DNA of 64,000 nucleotides, taken from Sphagnum compactum (lineage: Eukaryota). Under the pieces are notes generated by a model, which saw nothing but the letters and a program-made list of their open reading frames with translations, was not told where the DNA came from and did not search any database. This document shows, piece after piece, positions 53,137-64,000 of the stretch (positions within the stretch are counted from its first letter, which is position 1; every line of letters starts with the position of its first letter). Made by a program: the position numbers and the translations under genes. Location of the stretch: NCBI GenBank assembly GCA_965153455.1, contig OZ234493.1:33656213-33720212 (forward strand). The letters are read 5' to 3'.

Positions 53137-56076
53137 CACTACTACCAAAGTGGGGTATAATTTACTAGCTTAAATCACTATGGGACCTTAAAAGTGAAGT
53201 AACTTCATTGCATTTTACTGATTTCACCTAGTGAAAGTTATTTAATTATAATATCACTATGTAGACATCATGTTTCATTTCTAGTTAACATAATTCAGTA
53301 TTACAATTTATTATAACAAATAGGTTTATTTCTATGTTTTTAAAAATATTCTATTTATGTTACTTTATGATATACCCTATATTATTTTAAGCTACTTTAG
53401 TTATTCTAACTTATATTTTATGTTATTATATGCTATTATAAATTATTGTACCCTAAATTATTATATGTTATTTTACCTTAAAGTATCTTAACTAGTTTAT
53501 TATAAGTTTTTAAATTATTTAAAATAAAATTATTCAACTAACTTTAGGCTATACCTTAGGTTATTTTATTTTAAATTAATATGTGTTATATCAAGTTATA
53601 CTTTAAATTATTCAAGGTCATTCTACTTAATGTTGTTATAAATTATTTTATACTAAACATAATAACTTTAAAATAATCTAAAACAAAATATAATGACCTA
53701 AGGTAAAAATAATTTAGAATAGAAAATAATAACCTATGAAAAATAATTTTAAATACCCTACAATATAATAACTACCAATGGCCTATGATATTATAACATA
53801 GAATGTCAAATAATAATTTATAATACAATAATCACCAATAGTTGTAATATAACACATAATAACCAATAATAATTTATAATATAGTAACCATTAATAACCA
53901 TTAATAAAATAGTCATCAATAAAATAACCACCAATGGCTTACAACAGAATAATCACTAATAGCCACTAATAAAATAACCACCAATAGCCATTAATAGAAT
54001 AACCACCAATAACCATTAATAGAATAACCACCAATAGCCATTAATAGAATAACCACCAATAGTCATTAATAGAATAACCACCAATAGTCATTAATAAAAT
54101 AACCATCAACAACCATTAATAAAATAACCACCAATACCCATTAATAGAATAGCAACAAATAACCATTAATAGAATAGCCACCAATAGCCATTAATAGAAT
54201 AGCCACCAATGACCATTAATAGAATAGCCACTAATAGCCATTAATAGACTAATCACGAATAGCCATTAATAGACTAATCACGAATAGCCATTAATAGACT
54301 AATCACGAATAGCCATTAATAGAATAACCACTAATAGCCATTAATAGATTAATCACGAATAACCATTAATAGAATAACCACCAATAGCCATTAATAGATT
54401 AATCATGAATAACCATTAATAGAATAACCACCAATAGCCATTAATACATTAATCACAAATAACCATTAATAGAATAGCCACCAGTAGCCATTAATAGAAT
54501 AGCCACCAGTAGCCATTAATAGAATAGCCACCAGTAGCCATTAATATAATAGCCACCAGTAACCATTCATATAATAGCCACTAATAGAGTAACCACGAAT
54601 AGCCACCAATAAAATAACTACTAATGGCCATTAATAGAATAACCACCAATAACTATTAATAGAATAACCACCAATAACTATTAATAGAATAATCACTAAA
54701 AAACATTAATAACCACTAGTAGAATAGGTACCAATAGCCATTAATAACCACCAATAGCACTAATAAAACAACAACCAATAGCCATATATTATAATTGTTT
54801 AGGATTGCCAAAAATAATCTAAGGTGAAATAATTTATAATAAACGAAAATAACTTAAGGTGAAATAATTTTCAATAGCCAAAAGTAACTTATAATAGCTA
54901 CAAGTAGTCTAAATTGAAATAATTTATAATAGCCAAAAATAACATAGAATAGATAAAAAAAACTTACAATAGTTGAAAATAGCCTAAGGTGAAATAAGTT
55001 AAAATAACCAAAAATAATTTATAATAACTGCAAGTAGTCTAAATTGAAATAATCTACAATAGCCAAAAATAACATAGAATAACCAAAAAAAACTTACAAT
55101 AGCTGAAAATAGCCTAACGTGAAATAAGTTAAAATAACCAAAAGTATCCTAGGGTGAAATAACCAAAAATAACCCAAAGTAATTGAGAATAACCATAAAT
55201 AGCCGTAAATAATGTAGGGTGAAACAATTTAAATTAATGAAAAATAATCATATAATAATTGAAAGTAGTTTAACATAGGTAATATTATTATATTAAAAAA
55301 AAAATCCATTTACTAAACTTTTTTTTTTCAAAAGAATGGTCATTGAAATGATCTTGAATAATGATATTCAACTTTTTTTTTGTTCAAATGATTTTAAACT
55401 TTCAAAAGGAAATAAACGCATTATTGAATTTTTTTAAAAAGTAAACTCGAATCATTTCATTTGAACAAAATCTCAAAAAGACATTTGCAAGTTTATGTTT
55501 TTGTAATGTTTAAAATGAAGTATTCAATAAATAGAATGTAATGTAACATATTATCACAACAAGTGGGGTGGTTTGATGGTAAAGATGTTTGCCCCCAATT
55601 CAAAGGTCAAGGGATTAAACCTCATGGGTGGTGTTGTGTGTGGTCAACAATGGTATGTTGACCGAATATTCTCTTATCGAATTCTTAGGTTAGGTGCCTA
55701 GGTTGATTATGTGGCCTACCTACCTACCTAGGTTAGGTTTTTAACCTAGCGTAAGTAGTGACACATGTTAATAAATAATAAGCTTTAAAAATCATGAAAT
55801 TATCAATAATATTATATATTAAATAATTAAAAATTAATTAATTTCCATACTGGTTAGTTAATTAACTAGCAAGTGAGTGGTTTGGTAAATTTGTATTTCA
55901 CTTGAGAGTAACCTTGTTTCACTAGGTACTAGTGTACCTAGTGAAACAAGTCATTGTCTGTAGCAACTAGTCCCCGTTCACTAGGGGGTTAAACAATTTC
56001 ACTAGGTAAAAATGTCCAAATTCACTCAAAAATTTAGTGAAACCCATAGTGAACTAGGATGCATTTCCTAGTAGTG
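53137..56076. mobile_element. Non-autonomous CACTA element (2940 bp)
   Basis: Termini CACTACTA...TAGTAGTG, 3-bp TSD TAC on both sides, subterminal TCACTA/TAGTGA repeats. Removing it restores RNVRLGLTTDGV. Confidence 0.9.
53940..54720 (+). repeat. 25-bp minisatellite, roughly 30 copies, consensus CCAATAGCCATTAATAGAATAACCA
   Basis: Directly visible tandem array with variant units such as CGAATAGCCATTAATAGACTAATCA. Confidence 0.92.
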
Positions 56077-57839
56077 TACGGATGGAGTTAAACCATATAG
56101 TGAAAAGAGTTCTATCTTGTCTACTTGGCCAAATCTGTTTTTCAATTATAATCTCCCACTATGACTGGTCATTAAAATCTTTTTCATCATGCTAACTTTG
56201 ATTATCCTTAAGAAGGAGTAGGTGAAAATGCATAATATTTCAATGTATACATGGCGCCCTTAATAGAAGAGCTGCAAATGTTGTGGATGGGGGGTTGCAG
56301 CTTATGATGTGGCAAGGCCTAATGGGCAAAGGCATTTCACCTTAAGAGCGATTCTTATGTGGACTATCCATGATTTTCCAACATATAGGCTTATGGCCAT
56401 ATGTGTGCACCAAGGCTACAAAACTTGTCCAATTTGTGGGCCAGATTTGACATCTCACCATTCTATGGAGTTGGGTAAGGTTGTATATGAAGGATTTCAT
56501 CAGTGGTTGGTGAGAGCTCACCCATATCGAAGGAATCAAAATCGAACTCACTTTAATGGGAAAGAAGAGCATAGGAGTAGAGCTGAGCTGTTAACAACTA
56601 GTGACATATTAAGGCAAGTAGCAAAGTATGAAGAATGGTTAGGAGCTAGAAACACACTAAGTTCAAAAGGCAATCCATCCAAGATTAATGGCATAAACTG
56701 TCGCACTGCCTTTTATGATCTACCTATTTTGAGGTACAAGTTACATTCACCAAATTTTATGAAGTGTGGACCTTACTATTGAAGTCATTAATTTCAAGAA
56801 TCTAATTTCAATGAATGTAGCTCTTAATATCACCTTGGTGGTTATCATGGAATTGTAAGTGGACCATTTAATTTTAAGAATTTGGGAGGGGCATTGGTGG
56901 GTCTTGAGATCTTTGTGCTTGTTTTCACCAGTGTTGCAGTAGAAAATGGGGTAATGATGGGAAACATATGTCTTTCCTATGACCATAAAAAATGGGGGCA
57001 TGGTAACCCTCAAAATTTGTTCCTGTAGGTTGAAGTTGTGATTAGGCAGTGTGGATGACACAAAGGCCAAATTGGTTGAAGGCTTAATGGGTTTTGTAAC
57101 TTGTGACCTTCAGGGCATAATGTCTCTATTAATGGTGTTATAGCCCATCTTTTCATTAATTGTAAATAGGGTGCCATTTGTGGGTTGAATGTATGCTAAT
57201 TGGTTTTCCATGTATTGACATGGCATCATTTATTGATTCGGCACATTTTGGATGTGATGCACATCGAAAAAAACATATGTGAGAATGTGGTCTGCACCAT
57301 ATTCGGCCAGAAAGACACTATCAAGGTATGGCATGACATGTAAACTAATGGCATTTAGCAACATTTATGGCTAAAACAACACCCAAATAACCAACACAAA
57401 ATCTTGAAACCATATGCACCATATGTCCGTACAATAGATGACTTGGACTTTTTTTGTTGAGGATTGGTTGAATGAAACTTCCCATAGATTATGGGGCTTC
57501 ATTAGCTAAACATGTGGTAGATAAGAAATTGAATTCCATGAAATCACATGATTACCATATGTTGATGTAACAAGTGTTGCCTTTGTGCTTGTGGGGGTTT
57601 ATGGCAATGGAACCATGGATGGCCATTATGAGCTTTAGTCGTGTCTTTCAACCGGTTTGTTTGAAAGTTTAGAACCCTTTTGACATTGCAAATCTACAAA
57701 AAGGTGTGGCAATTACACTTTCCTTATTAAAGAAAGAGTTTCTTCCACCTTTCTTTGATATAATGACACATCCATTATTACATGTAGTAGATGAACTGGA
57801 TATTTGTGGGCTGGTTCATAACAAATGGATGTATCCAGT

Positions 57840-58731
57840 TGATGCACCCCCAAATTCTTTGATTGACTCAAATGCGAATCCCAAAGTGAAAATATCAGAA
57901 GAAGGAGTTGGGGTGCACTCCTTTGTTTGCAGCATTTCGGGGGTAAAGGGGTGTTTTAAAGCTCCAGGATGGGCACTAAGATGAGTGACAAGTAGGTCAA
58001 TTATTCATATCGATTTGCACAAACCAAAGAACAAAGTTGGTTAGAGCATAGTTGGAGCACTTTTGGTGTTCGAATGAACCATGGGCATACACAGACTCAT
58101 AAAATTCACCATAGTCTGGGCTTGGGGGAAGCCACCACCTTCCCCCTTATAGTATTCTCTGTGATTTGTCACAAGGACTACACCCAAATGATGTTTTTCT
58201 CGTAGCTTCCAAGTCAAGAGTCCCAAAATTCCCAAAATTGGGACTTTTGTCACTTTGGGCGCCCATAACTTCTTATGCAAACCTTCAATTGAGACATACT
58301 ATGAAGTGAAATTGTAACTTTCGTCGAACTTTCCCACGGTAGGTAGCACACCCCCTACACGCACATAAATCAGGACGATTCTTGACGTTTAGTGGTCGAA
58401 AGTCAATTTGACACTTTGATTCATGGCCTTTCTTGTGACCATAACTTGTGTTCTTAGTACTCAAATGAATGATGCAACCCCATTTTAGACATTTATGTCT
58501 TAAAAACTTTTCAATGGTATAAGAAAGTTTTCAATCCAATGGGTTTTGATCTTTCAAATCGCTCTTTGAAAATTCGGGAGTCCATTGGGAGTCCAACTCC
58601 CAAAATGGAAGTCCACTTGGGAATGTGTGGGCTCAGTCCTTCACACTCTCTCACACTCCTGGGTTGCACTTCCGGCCTGCACCTTTCCATGCCCTTGCTT
58701 CGGTCGCGAGCCCAAGGCTAGTGTCGTGAGA
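57840..58731. mobile_element. About 0.9-kb solo-LTR-like insertion
   Basis: Interrupts the transposase at WMYP|MER. Flanked by CCAGT/CCAAT (5-bp TSD, one mismatch). Starts TG and ends GTGAGA, probably a mutated ..ACA. Confidence 0.7.
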
Positions 58732-59405
58732 CCAATGGAGCGAATAATGAAGGTTTTGAAGGGTTATGTTCGTTTTATGGCATAACTTGAAGGGTCAATG
58801 GTTGAAGGTTACATGTTAGAAAAGATGCTAGGATTTGTGATTGGATATTTGCATGAATTTGAACATGTGTCCAAAAGAGTCTGGGATGTAAAGTGTGAGC
58901 CATGGATTATAATATCATAAACTGTTAAGCCTTAGTTCCAAAGTTTTCTTTAGTATTAATGATTTGAATCATGATAAACCTCCAAGTAATAATTATTAGG
59001 AGTTGGATTAGCCTTTGGATATTCAGCGTAGAAGACTCTTTTATTGATGCAAGGCTTAGTTAGTTTTAGGACCTAGTAAACCTTTTTAAGTGCATTATCT
59101 TTTTATGTTATAAAGAAGGGAAAGGGGATGTAGAATTAGATGTGATTTATTGATATATTGGGAATACAAGCCCATAACTAACAAATAGCATTTTGCCATG
59201 ACAATATTAAGTTAGTCTGTAGAATAATCTTCAGGCACGAATGATGTACTAGAAAGATTTCTAGGATGCAATCCTAATACATCGTTATTTAGTTTTGACT
59301 TCTATCAGACGCTTAGATAGAATCAAAATCAAACTTAAGTATTAGCATTTCCACCTGAGTGCCTCAGGTGAATTATAAATTAATAAACAACTTGAAGGGA
59401 ATAGG

Positions 59406-59819
59406 TCACAATTGCAAAAACTCTAGAATGCGACGGATGGTGCGAGCTAGGTATTCGGCTCGATGCTCCATGGAAAGGGGGTTAATTGGGCCTCGTAGCC
59501 AACGGTAATGGCCATCACCGGGAACCCACGTTCGATAATGGAGACGGACATTATCATCTTCACATTGACACTCTTCAAACCTTTCTAGCGCGGCTCCACG
59601 AGCAGGAATGAATTCTAAATAGATTGCTAAAGCATGTGGGTTAAGAGACAATCGACGATCCCATGCCGAACGATCGACTCGAGTGCGCACCACTTGCCTG
59701 GACGGTTCTTCTTCGCGCGGCCGTTGAGAAACATTCACGTCGAACGGTGCTTCTTCAAGCTCTTCCTATTCTACTGGTGCAACTAGAGGATTCAAAGGCG
59801 TAGCGACATCATCCGCCAT
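59406..59819 (-). pseudogene. Small orphan ORF (137 codons, one in-frame TAG at codon 18) inside the LTR-like element
   Basis: GC-rich frame MADDVATPLNPLVAPVE*EELEEAPFDVNVSQRPREEE...RRILEFLQL. ATG context GTCATGG; TAAATAAAAA lies about 85-90 nt upstream. Confidence 0.5.
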
Positions 59820-60719
59820 GACTAGTTCTCACCTGCATCAACAAAAAACCAAGAAGGTAGCGGAAACAATGTGGTACTTGCATTCAGAAGGGGTCGAGGC
59901 TTTTTATTTAACAAATTAGGGTAGGCGAAAGTGTGGGAGTGACGGCGGAACCTCATGAAGACTCGAACATCCTAGATCTAATGGATTCATCAAACCCTAA
60001 TTTCGACGGTGGATCTAGAAGTATGTGGGGGTTTTTTGTGATGCAAATTTAATTCCAATTTACTATGTACTACATAGTTAATTAGTGCATGGTAAAATAA
60101 ATAGGTAGGGATATCAAGAGAGTAAATGGTACACGGGGATGTTAGTTCAACCATTGAATTAGTCAAGTAAGAATTCAAGGACGTTTACTTGTTACTATCG
60201 ATAAATTATCCTAGTAGTTAGTTACTTGAAGTAATTAGGATGAAGAAGTAAGATGTAAAGGTCAACGGACGGAGAGGATAAGGATCAAGCTCAAAAGACC
60301 TCATCAAGATATCCAAGATAAGGGGAAGGATGAATCCTTCAATCCCATTAGTCATGAGGATTGTCATCCTATTTGATTGGAGGATGGAATATTTCTTGTG
60401 TCTCATTGGGCCCAAGAATTCTCATCCTAAACTCAATTGGATGGCAATTCATTCTCAATTCTCACTGGCTCTTGAAGGATGAGGAGGCCATTGATTGGAG
60501 CAAGGGATTTCGAAGCTTTCATTGGACAAGGGGAACAAGCCTAAAGAAGGTCATGGAGGCTTACCAAGGGAGAGGATTTTTGTGTGTATGGGAAGAAGAA
60601 AAAAAGAGAAGGTGAAGTGTGAGGAAGGATTGAGTTCTTATGTGTGGAGAGGTGTTCATGAAAAAGGGTGTGCAAGAATTAAGCATGGAAGGAAGTTGTG
60701 TGTAGCAAGTACTTGTAGC

Positions 60720-61085
60720 AAAGCCTCTGGAATTTTGGTTCAATTAGTTGTTTCTCTCAAATCCACCGTTGGATTTGTGTCAAATTTGAATCAGTCTTAG
60801 TTTGAAAAGTGTAGAAGCTTCTCCTAAAATTTTAGCATCATCGGGCTTGCTGTAAGGGAGCTACACTGGTTGGAAGTAGAGGGTGTTGTAGCGGAGTTCA
60901 TGGAAGGATTTCCATGACATAAAGCCTCTGGATTTTTGGTTCAATTAGTTGTTTCTCCCAAATTCACCGTTGGATTTGTGTCAAATTTGAATCAGTCTTA
61001 GTTTGAGAGGTGTAGAAGCTTCTCCTTAAAATTCAGCATCATGGGCTTGCTGTAAGGGAGCTACACTTGTTGGAAGTAGAGGGGT
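60720..61085 (+). repeat. Direct repeat, two copies of about 165 bp, period 201
   Basis: AAGCCTCTGGA...GTTGGAAGTAGAGGG starts at 60721 and again at 60922. Confidence 0.9.
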
Positions 61086-64000
61086 TGAATTGATTATTTT
61101 TTCCCTCAATCTAAGCAAGTGGTTCCTAGTTCCAAGGCTTGACTCTTGATAAAAAGAAAACAAAAGAAAAACTTTGAGATTTTGTAACATGGCTCCTTAT
61201 ATTAGCCTTTCAAAAATTCAATGCATGTTAGATTAGAAGGTTGTAGGTAGATATTATGACAAATAGAACGGAAGGGTTCCAACCATCAAGCGTGACATTG
61301 AATTGAACATCAACATACGGCTCCTTCATATTCCACCATGGTGAGTTACATTTCTCTCACAATGTCTTTGTATTTTCAATTTGGACACAACGCATTAGAT
61401 CCTTAGTGAATTTCATTACTTACCTTGAACCACCTTACTTGTTAGACTACAACTACATAGTAGTTCCACTTCCAACCGGGTTTTTGTGAGTGCATATCTT
61501 GATGATGAAGGTGTGCAAGAATTCCTCACATAAAGGAAGAATGAATTTTTGGAAAAGTATTAAAAGGTGTTCCTACAAAAGTTGTGTTTAGTTCCATTCT
61601 TCAAGGTCTTGCACATGAATATGTGTTAACAAACATGGGCCCATGGATATAATGAGTTCCCTAATTTCAACCATTGATATCTATGATTTAAGGGGTCCAT
61701 TGTCAGCTCAATTGTGGACCCTAAAATGGTAGCTGTGGATTAGGTTAGATTGGGGGTTGTTATTGTGTGTTATTTAATTGCTGAAACCCTAAATCAACAT
61801 GCATTGTCAATGGATTATGTTAGATTGAGGTTTGTTATTGTGTGTTATCTAAACCCTAAACCTCAATATGCATTATCAGGTGCTTAGATTGTGTCTTAGT
61901 TGCTTATTAGGTAAATATGTTAATGAAATTTTTGGTTTTTCAGCTCCAAGTATCCAAAATTTCCACACATGCCTCTATTATTTTGTATTTATTTAACCCC
62001 TAACCCTAAGCATTTCTAATAAACTTGAGGCATTTTAAACCCACAAAAGGCATATATTTGATTAGTCTATTAAATTTTGATCAATTTGCACATTGTCAAT
62101 TGAGTTTCAAACACCTTAATGTACTTGATGAATGCCATGTACTTAATGATACCCTATTTCCATATGTGGATTATCATGCTTGTTGATTTTATTATTAGTG
62201 TAAGGAAGTTTAACCTATGTTTGGTTGATTGGTACAACTTTAATCATTAGGTACTTCATCAAGTAATCCCTATCTTGTGGGTTTTTTAAGGAATATAGGG
62301 ATGAAAAGGCTAGCATTGAGGTTGGGAGAGTTGAATTTGAAATGGCATGGCTATTAAACCCTATAAGTGCCCAACCTATGATATTTCTGTCACATTTGAA
62401 GGAAATTGATGTGATGGCTAAGTGGGTGAAGGATGTCATTCAAACCCATCAAGGTGTTAGTACTTCCCTTATAGACACAAATCTTTTAATGCTTTCAACC
62501 CTTCCAAGTTTCACTACATTAAGTTACAAAAAAATGAAGGCATACGAGAACCACTTTAGAGTGGGTGATGAACAAACTAATCTATTAGTTACATATGACT
62601 TTGGTGTTGCATCTATTTTCCAATAATCACCAGGCAATGAGGATAATATGCTTGGTCAAATCCAATATGTTGGGACCTTGAACCAGATTTTGCAACTAGA
62701 TTATGGTCCCATGTCTTCATGAATTATGTTATTTAGTGTAACTGGGTGAAGAATGGGACTGACAACAAAGGCAACCCCACTTATAAACGAGATGAAGCAG
62801 GTTTTCTACTTACAATTTTCTATCATTTGCTGCATGAATTTAATGAACCCTTTGTTTTCCTTTCACAAGTTCAACAAGAGTTTTTTTGGAATGAGCCAAA
62901 GATACCTTGGTGGAAAGTTGTACTTGGGAGGGAGCCTAGAAGTCAATGGGTTGTTGTACACACGTATGATGACTGCATTGAGATGGGCTAGAAGCTCTAA
63001 TAGACTTTCCAAATTTTAAAAAGTAGTAAGACATTGGTAGGTGCAATAGAATTGAATAGAGAAGACACTCTCTTGGTTGCTTAGGCCCTACATAGAAGCT
63101 TGGGGGTGGACAATGTGACATGATTTAAAATCTAGACATTTGTAAAAATCATTCTAGATTTTTTTATTACATTATTCATTTTAATTGTCATATTTGGACA
63201 ATTCAATTTAGATTGTAATGAAATTTCTTTGTTGCAACTATGTGGATATTGTAGCCTTTTTTGTGGTTTGTAGTTTTGTTATGTAAGTTTCCAATATTTA
63301 GTATTTAAATTAAACCTCTTATCTACAATGTATTTTCTTTTGTTTCTAGATCTTTTTGAAACATGAGTTTTTAAGTCCTAATTAATCAAAACCTTATTAT
63401 AATTAAGGCTTGTGATTGTTTGTAGCAATCCATGGCTAGTTGTCCACTTAGTGGATAATTATGTGGTAGCTAGGACACAAATATATGGTCAAACATATGT
63501 CATTGTCAAACCTTCCAAATGATAAGAAATATTTAATGGACTCATGTCAAGTAGCTAATCTTTATCCATGGTTTTGCCTATGCAAAAAACACCCATAATC
63601 AATAATAGCATGGTTCAAGAACCATGAATTGTAGTAAATAAAACTGATCGATAAATCTATTTAATTAATAATAATTCATTTTAAAAAGTAATGTGTTCTA
63701 GGTGGTTTAACATGGTTCTTTGTATATATGGCTGAGTATACTATTATAGTTGTAAAAACAAAGATAATAGTTACAAAAACAACTATGATATCATCCATGT
63801 ATGGATGTAATCAATATTGAATGACATAGGACTCCTTTCCATCTACATTTTCAACTAAAACCTGGGCAGTCGTAACCTATAGTCACATATAGGACTACCC
63901 ATTAGTTTTAACCCACTTGTAGTTGCACATGCAATTATACTAACTTGCAACTCCATAGACATGTAGGATTGCAATATTTGTTGTCACAAAATCAGTTTAT

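Larger units (their letters stand above)
58894..61530. mobile_element. 2637-bp solo-LTR-like element
   Basis: Termini TGTGAG...CTCACA, perfect 5-bp TSD TAAAG. Removing it restores transposase ..RVWDVKEE. No gag/pol motifs seen. Confidence 0.85.
53070..62991 (+). mobile_element. Degenerate CACTA (En/Spm) transposase gene split by nested insertions
   Basis: Tnp2-type motifs in order: EPRNVRLGLT|TDGVKPY, TWP..FNYNLP, FTLRAILMWTIHDFPTY..TCPICG, HILDVMHIEKNICE, MKSHDYH, FFDIMTH..WMYP|MERIMKVLKGYVR..EGSMVEGY, SYKKMKAYENHFRV, EPFVFLSQVQQ..WWKVVL. Confidence 0.9.

Noticed and set aside
53940-54720. Regular array that could suggest CRISPR
   Set aside because: Units abut with no unique spacers, there are no cas genes, and it lies inside a eukaryotic CACTA element.
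61780-62010. AAACCCT telomere-like motifs
   Set aside because: Scattered one- or two-unit copies, common across the window; not an array.

Overview
AT-rich eukaryotic land-plant DNA. A bryophyte such as Sphagnum is likely, but that is an inference from repeat style and gene structure. The core of the window is an old tandem segmental duplication (about 4.35-24.9 kb versus about 29.6-46.2 kb). Each copy carries a minus-strand, multi-exon, strongly divergent euAP2 (APETALA2-type, double AP2 domain) transcription-factor gene. The right copy (33641-37846, 9 coding exons, about 771 aa) has the full architecture: DLN/EAR-like motif, basic NLS, AP2-R1, linker and a degenerate AP2-R2. The left copy (7695-11297, 8 coding exons, about 614 aa) keeps an open frame and canonical splice sites. 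However, a 453-bp in-frame deletion has removed the NLS, the DNA-contacting start of AP2-R1 and intron 1, and the EAR-like motif is also lost. The rest is mostly decayed transposons: two hAT transposase relics, many hAT-type MITEs with 8-bp TSDs, and a CACTA transposase relic (about 53.07-63 kb). That relic is split by three insertions with clear boundaries: a non-autonomous CACTA with a 25-bp minisatellite, a 0.9-kb LTR-like element, and a 2.6-kb TG..CA element holding a small orphan ORF. All alignments and exon models were made by eye; no database searches were run.
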